DNA of 38,756 bases from Pyrinomonadaceae bacterium (GTDB lineage: Bacteria; Acidobacteriota; Blastocatellia; Pyrinomonadales; Pyrinomonadaceae), in the NCBI GenBank assembly GCA_036833775.1, contig DAITPE010000001.1, forward strand, positions 1 through 38,756, in the 5' to 3' direction. The position numbers and the translations under genes are program-made. The notes under the pieces were generated by a model. That model was not told the origin of the DNA. It saw only the letters and a list, made by a program, of their open reading frames with translations, and ran no database searches. Every line of letters starts with the position of its first letter. Within the stretch, counting starts at the first letter, position 1. This document shows positions 17,448 to 25,361 of the stretch, in pieces.

Positions 17448-19172
17448 TTATTCCAAGCCGATAATTAATTTTGCAAGCGTTGCAATATTGGTCGGTTTTG
17501 CGCCGCGTTCAAAGTTTTGCCGACCGATCTCGAAAGCGATTCGCCATTGACGGAAAAGAGTTTTGTAAGCAAATAAAAGACTGTTTTTCCGGTCGTAAAT
17601 GTTTGTTGCTTCGGATGTTACGCCGTTGAGTTCGATGATCTTGAAATTTTCTCCGCGTTTAAAATATTCAATCGAAGGCGTTCGAATATCGAAACGCCCG
17701 AAATAAAAACCTTCAAATTCTCGGCAAATTCGGTCGATCTTTTCTTCGAGCAAAAGCGTTTTTACCCAATTTCCGTCAAGAAAAACTGCGCCGCGCGAAT
17801 GTGTTCCGATGTCGATGAGCGCAACTTTTTCGCCGTTTTCGGGAATTTCGGAAAGTTTTTTTGCATTACGCTCAAAATATTTTTCTGCCAGACAAACGGC
17901 ACGTTCGTCGCGCAAAATGAGTGTTTCCAAAGTTGAAACGCCGTCGCCAATAACTTCGGGAAAATGTTTTTCGGTCGCGGCAAAAATCTTTCCTTTTGCT
18001 TCATTCGGAAAACGATAGTAAAAAACGCCAAACTCAACTCCGCTTGCAAACTCTTGTAAAATAAAGTCTTCGGTAATTTCCGAGAGATGTTTTTCGAGTT
18101 CAGAAAAATCTTTTAAGATAAAAACGCTTTTTCCGCGTTCGCCGACATCGGGTTTTAAAACAAGCGGAAACGCGAGCGAATTTTGCGTAATAAAATCTTT
18201 CGCATTTTCGATTCGATCTTCGTTTTCTTTCAGCAAACTATGTTTCAGCAAATGTTTTTCTGCTGATCCCGAGTTTTTCAGTCCGAGATAGATTTCGTTT
18301 TTCGATTCACCGACAAAACCGCTCGACGAAATCGCCGGATTTACACAAGTAAAAATCGTTAAACTGCGGAATTTGAAGGCTAAAAACAGAATGTAGAAAA
18401 CGATCGGCGGATAAAACATCCACATTGACCAAAATTCCCAATGACGAATGCGGCGAATTTTTCCGCACAGCAAACGCCGTCCGCGCCAAGTCGAAACTTT
18501 CAGCAAAAAACGCGCCGAAAAGTATAAAAACCCGATGAAAAGCGCGAGTTTCCACCAATCGCTTATTAATTTTTTTTCAACGAATTCCGCACCGAGAAAA
18601 TACGAAAGCAAAACCAAAAGCGGAGTCCAAATACAAACGGCAAGCAGAAAATAAAAGGCGAATTTTACAAAATCCGTCTTTACGGTTCCGGCGAGAAAAT
18701 ATGTCGGGAGTCGAAATCCGGGAATAAAACGGCTCAGAAAAATCGCCCAAACGCCTTTTTTTTCAAACCAACTCGAAACCGCTTCAACGCTCGATTCTTT
18801 GACGATGAACTTTAAAGGAAATGCATTCAAAGCCTTTCGACCGAAAAATCTTCCGGCTAAATAAAGCAAAATATCGCCGACGTAAACGCCGAAAATGCAC
18901 GCTAAAACTGCAGTCGTCAGAGAAATTCCGCCATTTCCCGCTAAAACTCCTGCGGCGATCGAAGTCAAATCTTCGCTTACGAGCGTTGAAAAAGCGATAA
19001 CGGCAAAAATATTTAAAGTTGAAATCTTATCTGCTGTCGAAAACTCCAATCTTTGAACGACCGTTTCAAATTTTCCCGACGCATTTGTTTTCGTAAATGC
19101 GAAAGCGAAAAAAATTGCCGTAAAAATTGACATTATTGCCGTTAGCAAAACAATATATTTTAGATTTTTCAT
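17448..19172 (-). CDS. Fusion protein: N-terminal DedA/VTT membrane domain + extra TM segment + C-terminal ATP-grasp ligase domain
   Basis: 574 aa. The DedA signature is present (VSEDLTSIAAG...GVYVGDILLYLAGRFFGRK...KKGVWAIFLSRFIPGFRLPTYFLAG). After residue ~270 come ATP-grasp blocks (PLVLKPDVGERGKSVFIL, ILQEF..G.EFGVFYYR, IIELNGVTSEATNIYD). Confidence 0.8.
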   Translation of the reverse strand: MKNLKYIVLLTAIMSIFTAIFFAFAFTKTNASGKFETVVQRLEFSTADKISTLNIFAVIAFSTLVSEDLTSIAAGVLAGNGGISLTTAVLACIFGVYVGDILLYLAGRFFGRKALNAFPLKFIVKESSVEAVSSWFEKKGVWAIFLSRFIPGFRLPTYFLAGTVKTDFVKFAFYFLLAVCIWTPLLVLLSYFLGAEFVEKKLISDWWKLALFIGFLYFSARFLLKVSTWRGRRLLCGKIRRIRHWEFWSMWMFYPPIVFYILFLAFKFRSLTIFTCVNPAISSSGFVGESKNEIYLGLKNSGSAEKHLLKHSLLKENEDRIENAKDFITQNSLAFPLVLKPDVGERGKSVFILKDFSELEKHLSEITEDFILQEFASGVEFGVFYYRFPNEAKGKIFAATEKHFPEVIGDGVSTLETLILRDERAVCLAEKYFERNAKKLSEIPENGEKVALIDIGTHSRGAVFLDGNWVKTLLLEEKIDRICREFEGFYFGRFDIRTPSIEYFKRGENFKIIELNGVTSEATNIYDRKNSLLFAYKTLFRQWRIAFEIGRQNFERGAKPTNIATLAKLIIGLE

Positions 19173-19207
19173 TTTCGCGCGTTTCTTAAAAACTTGACTG
19201 TTTACAT

Positions 19208-19777
19208 TTATGCGAATGCGTTTCGGGTAAAATCATTGCTATTTGAAATCGGCAAAATTCCGTATTCCTGCGCTGTTTTCGAGAGCGTTTTTTTCAGTTG
19301 GTTTCTGCCGCGATTGAGCCGCGACATTATCGTTCCGATCGGCAGATCGAGAATTACGGCGGCTTCTTTGTAGCTGAAATCCTGCACATCGGTCAACAAA
19401 ATCACGGCGCGGTAATGTTCGGGAAGTTTGTTCAAAGCCCCGATAATTTCTTCGTCCGAAAGCTTTTCCGAAACGGGTTCGGAATATGCCGCGCTCAAAA
19501 AAGTCAGATCGTCGGCTTCTTGAATATATTTGGCTTGCGTAAACTTTTTGCGGCGGTAATGATCGTATTTATTGAACAAAATCTTATACAGCCAAGCGCG
19601 GCAATTCGTACCGATCTCATAGTTTTCAAACGACTTCCAAGCTTGCATAAAAGTTTCTTGCACAAGGTCTTCGGCGTCGGTTTGGTTTCTCGTCAAACGA
19701 ACTGCCGTTCGGTAAAGATCGTTCAAATGATCCATCGTTTCGGTTTCAAAAATTTCGGGGGTAATTCGGTTCTGCAT
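19208..19777 (-). CDS. ECF-type RNA polymerase sigma-70 factor
   Basis: 189 aa. Region 2 (AEDLVQETFMQAWKSF, RAWLYKILFN) and region 4 (LPEHYRAVILLTDVQDFSYKEAAVILDLPIGTIMSRLNRGR). Confidence 0.9.
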   Translation of the reverse strand: MQNRITPEIFETETMDHLNDLYRTAVRLTRNQTDAEDLVQETFMQAWKSFENYEIGTNCRAWLYKILFNKYDHYRRKKFTQAKYIQEADDLTFLSAAYSEPVSEKLSDEEIIGALNKLPEHYRAVILLTDVQDFSYKEAAVILDLPIGTIMSRLNRGRNQLKKTLSKTAQEYGILPISNSNDFTRNAFA

Positions 19778-20002
19778 TATTTATAACTCCATAATCAAAT
19801 GATTTCTCGCAACGAAAATTTATTGCTTACACCCTTTTGTCGAAAAATTTGCCGAAACCTTACAAAGAAAAAATATTTTTTTCGTATTTTTATTAGAAAT
19901 GTGAAAAAATGTCGGTAAAATCGAAAGAAAAATAGTTTTTAAGACAGGAATAAAAAACGATGACGGCGGAATATATTTTTGAATCGAGGAGAATGAAAAA
20001 CG

Positions 20003-20179
20003 ATGAATCATTCTTCTGACAGTGAAAATGAATCTATGAAAAACGGAATCGAAAAAACGGAAAGCGAAGAGCAGAAAGAGGAAAATGAAATCTTGCAGAA
20101 TTTGCTGAAACGCGCCGTTAATAAGGAAAATGCTTCCGGCGAATTGCGCGAACGCATTAAAAAAATGATCCGCGAATAA
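20003..20179 (+). CDS. 58-aa acidic small protein, translationally coupled to the downstream ECF sigma gene (below the ORF-track length cutoff)
   Basis: ATG at 20003 with GAGGAG at 19986-19991. Its TAA (20177-20179) overlaps the sigma ATG (20179-20181) as TAATG. Translation: MNHSSDSENESMKNGIEKTESEEQKEENEILQNLLKRAVNKENASGELRERIKKMIRE. Confidence 0.4.
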   Translation: MNHSSDSENESMKNGIEKTESEEQKEENEILQNLLKRAVNKENASGELRERIKKMIRE

Positions 20180-20784
20180 TGGACGGCAAATCGGTAAAAT
20201 CTGTTAAATTCGATCCTTCGGTTTGGGTTGACGAACACGGCGATTTTTTATACGCCTTTGCGTTTTCGCGTGTCCGCGATCAATGGTTGGCAGAAGATTT
20301 GGTGCAGGAAACGCTGCTCGCCGCGATGAAATCGAAAAATTCGTTTCGTGAAAATTCATCGGAAAGAACGTGGCTTTGCGGCATTTTGAAACATAAGATC
20401 ATCGACGTTTTTCGCCAAAAAAGCCGCGAAACCGAATTGACCGACGAAGAAGCCGATATGTCTTCATACGATTATTTATTTCGTGAAGAAGGCGTGTGGA
20501 AAGGACATTGGACGAATGAATCGCGTCCGATCGTGTGGGACGGAAATCCCGAAAAATGTTTGGAAAACGTCGAGTTTCGCGGTATATTGACGCATTGCCT
20601 CGGCGAATTGCCGGAACGCGCCGCAAATTGTTTTACGATGCGCGAAATGGACGGATTCGAAGCGCACGAGATTTGTGAAATTCTGGGCATCACACCGAAT
20701 AATTTTTGGGTTTTAATGCACCGCGCGCGGCTTCATCTGCGCCGTTGTATCGATTTTAATTGGTTTAGGAAGGCAAAAAGTTAA
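20179..20784 (+). CDS. ECF-type RNA polymerase sigma-70 factor
   Basis: 201 aa. Region 2 (AEDLVQETLLAAMKS, RTWLCGILKHKIID) and region 4 (LPERAANCFTMREMDGFEAHEICEILGITPNNFWVLMHRARLHLR). Confidence 0.9.
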   Translation: MDGKSVKSVKFDPSVWVDEHGDFLYAFAFSRVRDQWLAEDLVQETLLAAMKSKNSFRENSSERTWLCGILKHKIIDVFRQKSRETELTDEEADMSSYDYLFREEGVWKGHWTNESRPIVWDGNPEKCLENVEFRGILTHCLGELPERAANCFTMREMDGFEAHEICEILGITPNNFWVLMHRARLHLRRCIDFNWFRKAKS

Positions 20785-20787
20785 AAG

Positions 20788-21093
20788 ATGACATTTTTCA
20801 GCAAAATTCAGGAAATGTTTAAAATGTGGCTTGCCGAAAAGACCGAAGACTGCAAAAGCGTCTCGCCGCTTTTTTCTTACAAGCTCGACCGCAGGCTCAC
20901 GCTGAAAGAGAAAATTCGCGTCAAAATTCATTTATTTACCTGCGGCGCGTGTCTCAATTACGTTTCCAATCTCAAATTTATGCACGAAGTCTTTCACGAA
21001 CAGGAAAAAAACTTTCAAGAAGAAAAACTTGCCGAATCTTTACAAGAAGATTCAAAAGACCGCATCAAAAAATTTCTCAAAGCCGAAATGTAA
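20788..21093 (+). CDS. Soluble zinc-binding anti-sigma factor (ZAS, zf-HC2; RsrA-like ligand spacing)
   Basis: 101 aa with no TM segment. It has H48-x3-C52-x2-C55 (HLFTCGAC) and C22 exactly 26 residues before the His. It starts 4 nt after the sigma gene stop. Confidence 0.8.
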   Translation: MTFFSKIQEMFKMWLAEKTEDCKSVSPLFSYKLDRRLTLKEKIRVKIHLFTCGACLNYVSNLKFMHEVFHEQEKNFQEEKLAESLQEDSKDRIKKFLKAEM

Positions 21094-21335
21094 TAATCGA
21101 AAATCTTTGGAATATTTTTTCTCCGATTTGTAATTATTCGTTTGTATGTTGGACGCAATAAACATTCAGACGAAAAATCATCGGCACACACACGCGCAGA
21201 ATCGTTTTGCGGCGATTCCGTTCGCGGAAAAGCTCAGTGCCTGTGAAGAGTTGACGGGAAAAGGCGTTTTTAGTCAGAGATACTGACGGAAACGCGGTCA
21301 GATTGATAGAAAAAGAATAAATTTAAGAGGTTAAA

Positions 21336-21821
21336 ATGTATATTTCAAAAGGTTTGGTATTTTCGGTTTTGGCAATTTTCGGCTTCGGTTTTTATTTTTC
21401 GGCTTGCAATCAAAAGGAAGATTTCAAACGATTTAACACGACCGCAGAAAATGTCGCTGTCAAAGGTTTCGATACGGTTGCATACTTTACGATGAACAGC
21501 GCAGTTTCGGGCAATCCGCAGCATTCTTTGCTTTGGAACGGTGTAAATTGGTATTTTTCATCGGCTGAGAATATGGAAAAATTCAAAGCCGAACCCGAAA
21601 AATATGCGCCGCAGTTTGGCGGTTATTGCAGTTTTGCGGTTTCCAAAGGCTACACGGCTGACGGCGATCCGAACGCGTGGAAGATCGTCAACGGAAAACT
21701 TTATCTAAATTACAACCCGAAAGTGAAAGAAATGTGGGAAGCCGAACAGGAAAAACGCATCGCGGATGGCGAAAAAAATTGGGCTGAATTCAAAAATACA
21801 AAACCCGAATATAAAAATTAA
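21336..21821 (+). CDS. YHS-domain lipoprotein
   Basis: 161 aa. Signal peptide with a lipobox-like YFSAC. Blocks VAVKGFDTVAYFT, WYFSS.EN...F...P.KYAPQFGGYC and GKLYLNYN are typical of the family annotated as YHS domain-containing protein. AAGAGG lies upstream of the ATG. Confidence 0.8.
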   Translation: MYISKGLVFSVLAIFGFGFYFSACNQKEDFKRFNTTAENVAVKGFDTVAYFTMNSAVSGNPQHSLLWNGVNWYFSSAENMEKFKAEPEKYAPQFGGYCSFAVSKGYTADGDPNAWKIVNGKLYLNYNPKVKEMWEAEQEKRIADGEKNWAEFKNTKPEYKN

Positions 21822-23044
21822 TCGGGTCGGTCAGGCTGCGGTGCAAAAGCCGTAAAATCCTTAATAAAACGGCGCGTGTAATCTTCTAAAAGCGTCTGTA
21901 CACGCTCCGCTTTTTCCGAACGCAAAACAAGCGCAACGTGATGTTCTTTTTTCGCACGGTAAAAAATTTCGGGATCGTCGTAAGCGGAAGTATCGGGAAA
22001 TTCTTGTCTGGCGAGCGAAACGGCAATTCCGCCGTATTCAAAGCGTTTCGGCGCGGGAATATACGGATTTTTTTCGTTTGCCATTTCGAGTTTTGCCCAT
22101 TCTTTCCAGATATTTAAGCCGCTCGCAGCTTCAAAGGCTTCCGCCGTGTATGCGCCGCCGACACGTGCGCCGATTTCTAAAAAATAAAATTCGCCGTTTT
22201 GACGGTTTTTGATAAATTCGGCGTGCGTTACGCCTTTTGTAATTCCAAATGCTTTGAGAGTTTTTTGATTGAATTTTAGAAGTTTTTCGCGTTCTTTTGA
22301 ATTGTATTCGAGCGTGAAAGATGTCGAAACTCCGCCGTGAACGGCAATTTCGAGCGGTGCAAAACCGTAGCGGTTCGCACAGGAAACGACGGCTTTTCCG
22401 CCGACAACGAGCGAATCGACGTGGTAAACGTCGCCTTCGATAAATTCTTCAAGCAAATATGCATCGGCGTGTTCTTTCAAAGTTTGATTTTGGTTGAGTT
22501 TATCGACGGCGCGCCAAACTTGTTCGGAATCGGTGAATTTTTTAATGCCGATCGACGAAGCATCGGCACGCGGTTTTAAAACCCAAGGCGGCGAAACTTT
22601 TTCCATAAATTCGCCGATCTCCTGATAATTCAGTGCGTGAACGAATCGCGCTTGTCTGACATTAAATTGCGCGGCGCGGCAGCGCATCGAATATTTATCT
22701 CTGAAAAAACGTGCCTGCGAACCGTCCGGTCCGCGTAAACAAAAATGTTCGCGCAAACGTCCGGCGGTGATCACGTCGCCTTCTTCCAAAGCGATGATGT
22801 GCGTCGGTTTATGCGTCATCGCAAGCGCAGCGGCGGCTTCGAGATAAGATTTTATTTCGCCGTCGTTTGCGACCGCGATGATGCCGTCCAAACTTTCCCG
22901 CGCCCAATCTTCATTGAGTTTTGCTTCACGCGTCAACAAAAAAATGCGATGCCCTAAATTTTTGCATTCGCGCAGAAAATCATTGCCTTTGAAATAGCTG
23001 GCAAGACAAAAAACGGTATTTGGAAAAAAGTTTTCCCTGCTCAT
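21818..23044 (-). CDS. ATP-grasp domain ligase of unknown substrate
   Basis: 408 aa. ATP-grasp blocks PWVLKPRADASSIGIKK, YLLEEFIEGDVYHVD and FYFLEIGARVGG. Its stop codon overlaps the stop of the convergent YHS gene. Confidence 0.85.
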   Translation of the reverse strand: MSRENFFPNTVFCLASYFKGNDFLRECKNLGHRIFLLTREAKLNEDWARESLDGIIAVANDGEIKSYLEAAAALAMTHKPTHIIALEEGDVITAGRLREHFCLRGPDGSQARFFRDKYSMRCRAAQFNVRQARFVHALNYQEIGEFMEKVSPPWVLKPRADASSIGIKKFTDSEQVWRAVDKLNQNQTLKEHADAYLLEEFIEGDVYHVDSLVVGGKAVVSCANRYGFAPLEIAVHGGVSTSFTLEYNSKEREKLLKFNQKTLKAFGITKGVTHAEFIKNRQNGEFYFLEIGARVGGAYTAEAFEAASGLNIWKEWAKLEMANEKNPYIPAPKRFEYGGIAVSLARQEFPDTSAYDDPEIFYRAKKEHHVALVLRSEKAERVQTLLEDYTRRFIKDFTAFAPQPDRPD

Positions 23045-23156
23045 CGGATAATTTTTGCGCGATTTAATTTAACAGACACTTTTCTTTTACCTTATCTGCC
23101 GACATTTACGCAAATCTATTGGAATAACATCCGATTTTTGTGGAATTAAAAAGCGT

Positions 23157-23600
23157 ATGAACGCAGAAGAAAAACGCTTGAAGGATTCAAGAAAATGGAA
23201 AAATTGGGGATCGTATTTGTCCGAAAGCGCTTTTGGAACCGTCCGCGAAGATTATTCGGAAACAGGCGCGGCTTGGGATTATTTTCCGCACAATCACGCA
23301 CGTTCGCGTGCATATCGCTGGAACGAAGACGGAATCGCCGGAATTTGCGACGAAAATCAAACGATCTGTTTTTCGGTCGCTTTTTGGAAAGGTAAAGATG
23401 CGATCTTGAAAGAAAGAATTTTCGGTCTAACAGGAAGCGCGGGAAATCACGGCAGATTCGCGCTTTGGTCGGGCGTTGCGTTTTACCTGTTTGTTTTCAT
23501 CGGTTTAGGTGCAATTTTACAGCCGTTTGCAACGATCGAAACGCTTTTGATCCGCGCTTTCGGAACTTGCGCTTTTATCGGAAAACAGAGGAAAGATTAA
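23157..23600 (+). pseudogene. Remnant of a GH63/MGH1-like glucosidase gene (only about 98 N-terminal codons retained)
   Basis: Residues 1-98 (…[86 protein letters not shown]) match the conserved N-terminus of roughly 880-aa MGH1-like glucosidases as I remember it. After about nt 23450 the frame continues into unrelated hydrophobic sequence and stops at 23600. Confidence 0.6.
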
Positions 23601-23739
23601 CGGCGAAATTCTCGATTTTGTTGCCGAACCCGTTGAAATTAAAGGAATTGTTTCAAGGATCGGCGATCAGCTTTTTTTTGAAATAAAAATGGAAAACATA
23701 AAACGAATTTCTTGAAATCATTTTTTTTCGAACAGCACA

Positions 23740-24573
23740 ATGAGAACTTTTATACAAAATCTTGGCGCGGCGTTTAATTTTCGGCTTATTCAAACTCCGA
23801 ATTTCTGGTTTGGAAAAATTTTTCGTTTCAAATATCTTCGTGCAGTTTATCGCTTCAGTTCATTTTTTGTGGTGACGTTTTTCCTTTATTTTATATGGCT
23901 TTCCGCGTCTTTTTTTGTTTCGGACAAGGTTCATTGGCGGCAAAAAATGTTCGGGAGTTGGGCAAAGTTTTTCTTAAAAGTTTCAAAAATGAAATTGGAA
24001 ATCAAAGGAAAAATTCCCGAACCGCCGTTTTTTCTCGTTTGCAATCATTTGAGTTACACGGACATTCCGGTTTTGAGAGCGGCGGCAAACGGCGTTTTCG
24101 TTGCCAAAAGCGACGTTCGCAAATGGTTTTTGCTCGGAAAGATCGTTGCCGATGCCGGAACCGTTTTTATTAATCGGCAAAACAAACGCGACATTCCGCG
24201 CGCGGGAAACGAAATCGTCGAAAGAATTTCAAACGGCGAAGGCGTTTTTCTGTTTCCCGAAGGCACGAGTTCGTGCGGAAAAAGCGTTTTGCCGTTTAAT
24301 TCTTCGTTTCTCGAATTTGCCGCACGCGCCGATTTGCCCGTCAGTTATTGTTCCGTTTCTTATCAAACCGAAATCGGCGAAATTACTGCAAGCAAAGCTG
24401 TTTGCTGGTTTGATGAAACGGTTTTTATGACTCATCTTTTTCGTTTTTTCATATTGAAAAAAATATATGCGACGATCACTTTCGGCGATGCGCCCGTAAA
24501 AGACACAAACCGTAAAAAGCTTGCTTCGGCACTTCACGAAAAAGTAGAAAATCTGTTTACTCCGCTTGTTTGA
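23740..24573 (+). CDS. Lysophospholipid (1-acyl-sn-glycerol-3-phosphate-type) acyltransferase, PlsC/OlsA family
   Basis: 277 aa with an N-terminal TM segment. It carries the HX4D motif (CNHLSYTD) and the FPEGTSS motif. Confidence 0.85.
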   Translation: MRTFIQNLGAAFNFRLIQTPNFWFGKIFRFKYLRAVYRFSSFFVVTFFLYFIWLSASFFVSDKVHWRQKMFGSWAKFFLKVSKMKLEIKGKIPEPPFFLVCNHLSYTDIPVLRAAANGVFVAKSDVRKWFLLGKIVADAGTVFINRQNKRDIPRAGNEIVERISNGEGVFLFPEGTSSCGKSVLPFNSSFLEFAARADLPVSYCSVSYQTEIGEITASKAVCWFDETVFMTHLFRFFILKKIYATITFGDAPVKDTNRKKLASALHEKVENLFTPLV

Positions 24574-24667
24574 TGCTTTTTTAATTTATGATTCTAATTT
24601 CAAATTGCCCTTCGATTTTTCAACTTTAAATTAAACTAAAAAACCTGTTTAAGTTGATTCCGCATTC

Positions 24668-24700
24668 AATCTTGAGAAAAAAGTAATGATTTGCTAAAGT
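24668..24700 (+). promoter_or_regulatory. Putative promoter (TTGAGA-17-TAAAGT with TGc extended -10) carrying a 27-nt motif shared with the sufB upstream region
   Basis: AATCTTGAGAAAAAAGTAATGATTTGC (24668-24694) is 24/27 identical to 26370-26396. It lies 48 nt upstream of the Rrf2 ATG. Confidence 0.5.
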
Positions 24701-24742
24701 ATTTCTTGTTATTAAATTGCAAAACTTTGAACAGAGAAAAAG

Positions 24743-25234
24743 ATGAAGATTTCAGCTCAGGAAGAATACGGTTTGCGCTGTTTGGTGCAATTGGCTAATT
24801 TATCCGAAAATGAAGCTTTGACATTGCCGCAAATTGCCGAACGCGAAGGAATTTCCGTGGCAAATGCGGGAAAATTGATGTGGCTTTTGAACAAAGCCGG
24901 ATTCGTTTCGGCAACGCGCGGCACAAAAGGCGGCTACAGCCTTGCGCGTCCGGCGGAAGAAATTTATTTGAGCGAAGTCATCAAGGTTTTGGAAGCCGAC
25001 GAGATCGTTAATCATTGCGACAGCTATAAAGGAATTTTGGACGGATGCGTTCACAAAGGCGGATGCGGAATTCGTCCGGTCATCGTCGGTTTACACGAAA
25101 TTGTGCAAAATGCGCTTTCGCAGATAACTTTGGCGCAAATCGTCGGCGAAGAATCTCGCGTCAACGAAATGTTTCATCAGATTCAAGGAATTCACCGCAC
25201 GATCGAACCGCACCGCATCGGCAACGCCAACTAA
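24743..25234 (+). CDS. Rrf2-family transcriptional regulator with three-Cys cluster-ligand motif (IscR/SufR-like role possible)
   Basis: 163 aa. Rrf2 winged-helix N-terminus (EYGLRCLVQLA......TLPQIAEREGIS...AGKLMWLLNKAGFV.ATRG.KGGY.LAR) and Cys residues in NHCDSYKGILDGCVHKGGCGIRP. Confidence 0.9.
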   Translation: MKISAQEEYGLRCLVQLANLSENEALTLPQIAEREGISVANAGKLMWLLNKAGFVSATRGTKGGYSLARPAEEIYLSEVIKVLEADEIVNHCDSYKGILDGCVHKGGCGIRPVIVGLHEIVQNALSQITLAQIVGEESRVNEMFHQIQGIHRTIEPHRIGNAN

Positions 25235-25277
25235 ATTTTCCGGCTTTATAAGAAAAACTGAAAACTGCTTTTTTGAA

Positions 25278-25360
25278 CGCGGATCGGACGAATCAAGCGG
25301 ATTTTACGGGATATTTATAAAAAATAACCGAACCAATCTGCTTGATTCGTCCGATCCGCG
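25278..25360. repeat. REP-like palindromic element, family 3a (21-bp stem), between convergent genes
   Basis: CGCGGATCGGACGAATCAAGC (25278-25298) is the exact reverse complement of GCTTGATTCGTCCGATCCGCG (25340-25360). It ends 1 nt before the pcs stop codon. Confidence 0.85.
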
Positions 25361-25361
25361 C

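Noticed and set aside
20008-20238. Minus-strand track ORF 20008-20238 in the inter-sigma region
   Set aside because: It is antisense to the better-supported 58-aa ORF and the sigma gene start. It has no ribosome-binding site, and its product is low-complexity F/S/R-rich sequence.
21094-21335. A 46-codon ORF (21146-21286), and possible ECF-type promoter or riboswitch, in the 240-nt gap upstream of the YHS lipoprotein gene
   Set aside because: The ORF has no ribosome-binding site and an unremarkable composition. I could not find a convincing GGAAC/GGAAT-N16-18-CGT/GTT promoter or any riboswitch-like conserved structure by eye. This would need covariance-model scanning (Rfam) to settle.
21818-21821. 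The convergent YHS and ATP-grasp genes overlap at their stop codons (TTAA)
   Set aside because: It is real in the sequence, but a 4-nt tail-to-tail overlap is common in compact genomes and implies nothing specific beyond the lack of an intergenic terminator.
23465-23716. Track ORF 23465-23686, and a frame-1 reading (…GEILDFVAEPVEIKGIVSRIGDQLFFEIKMENIKRIS) in the region after the glucosidase remnant
   Set aside because: There is no start codon with a ribosome-binding site and no recognisable family. The region is most simply decayed, non-coding sequence left by the deletion.
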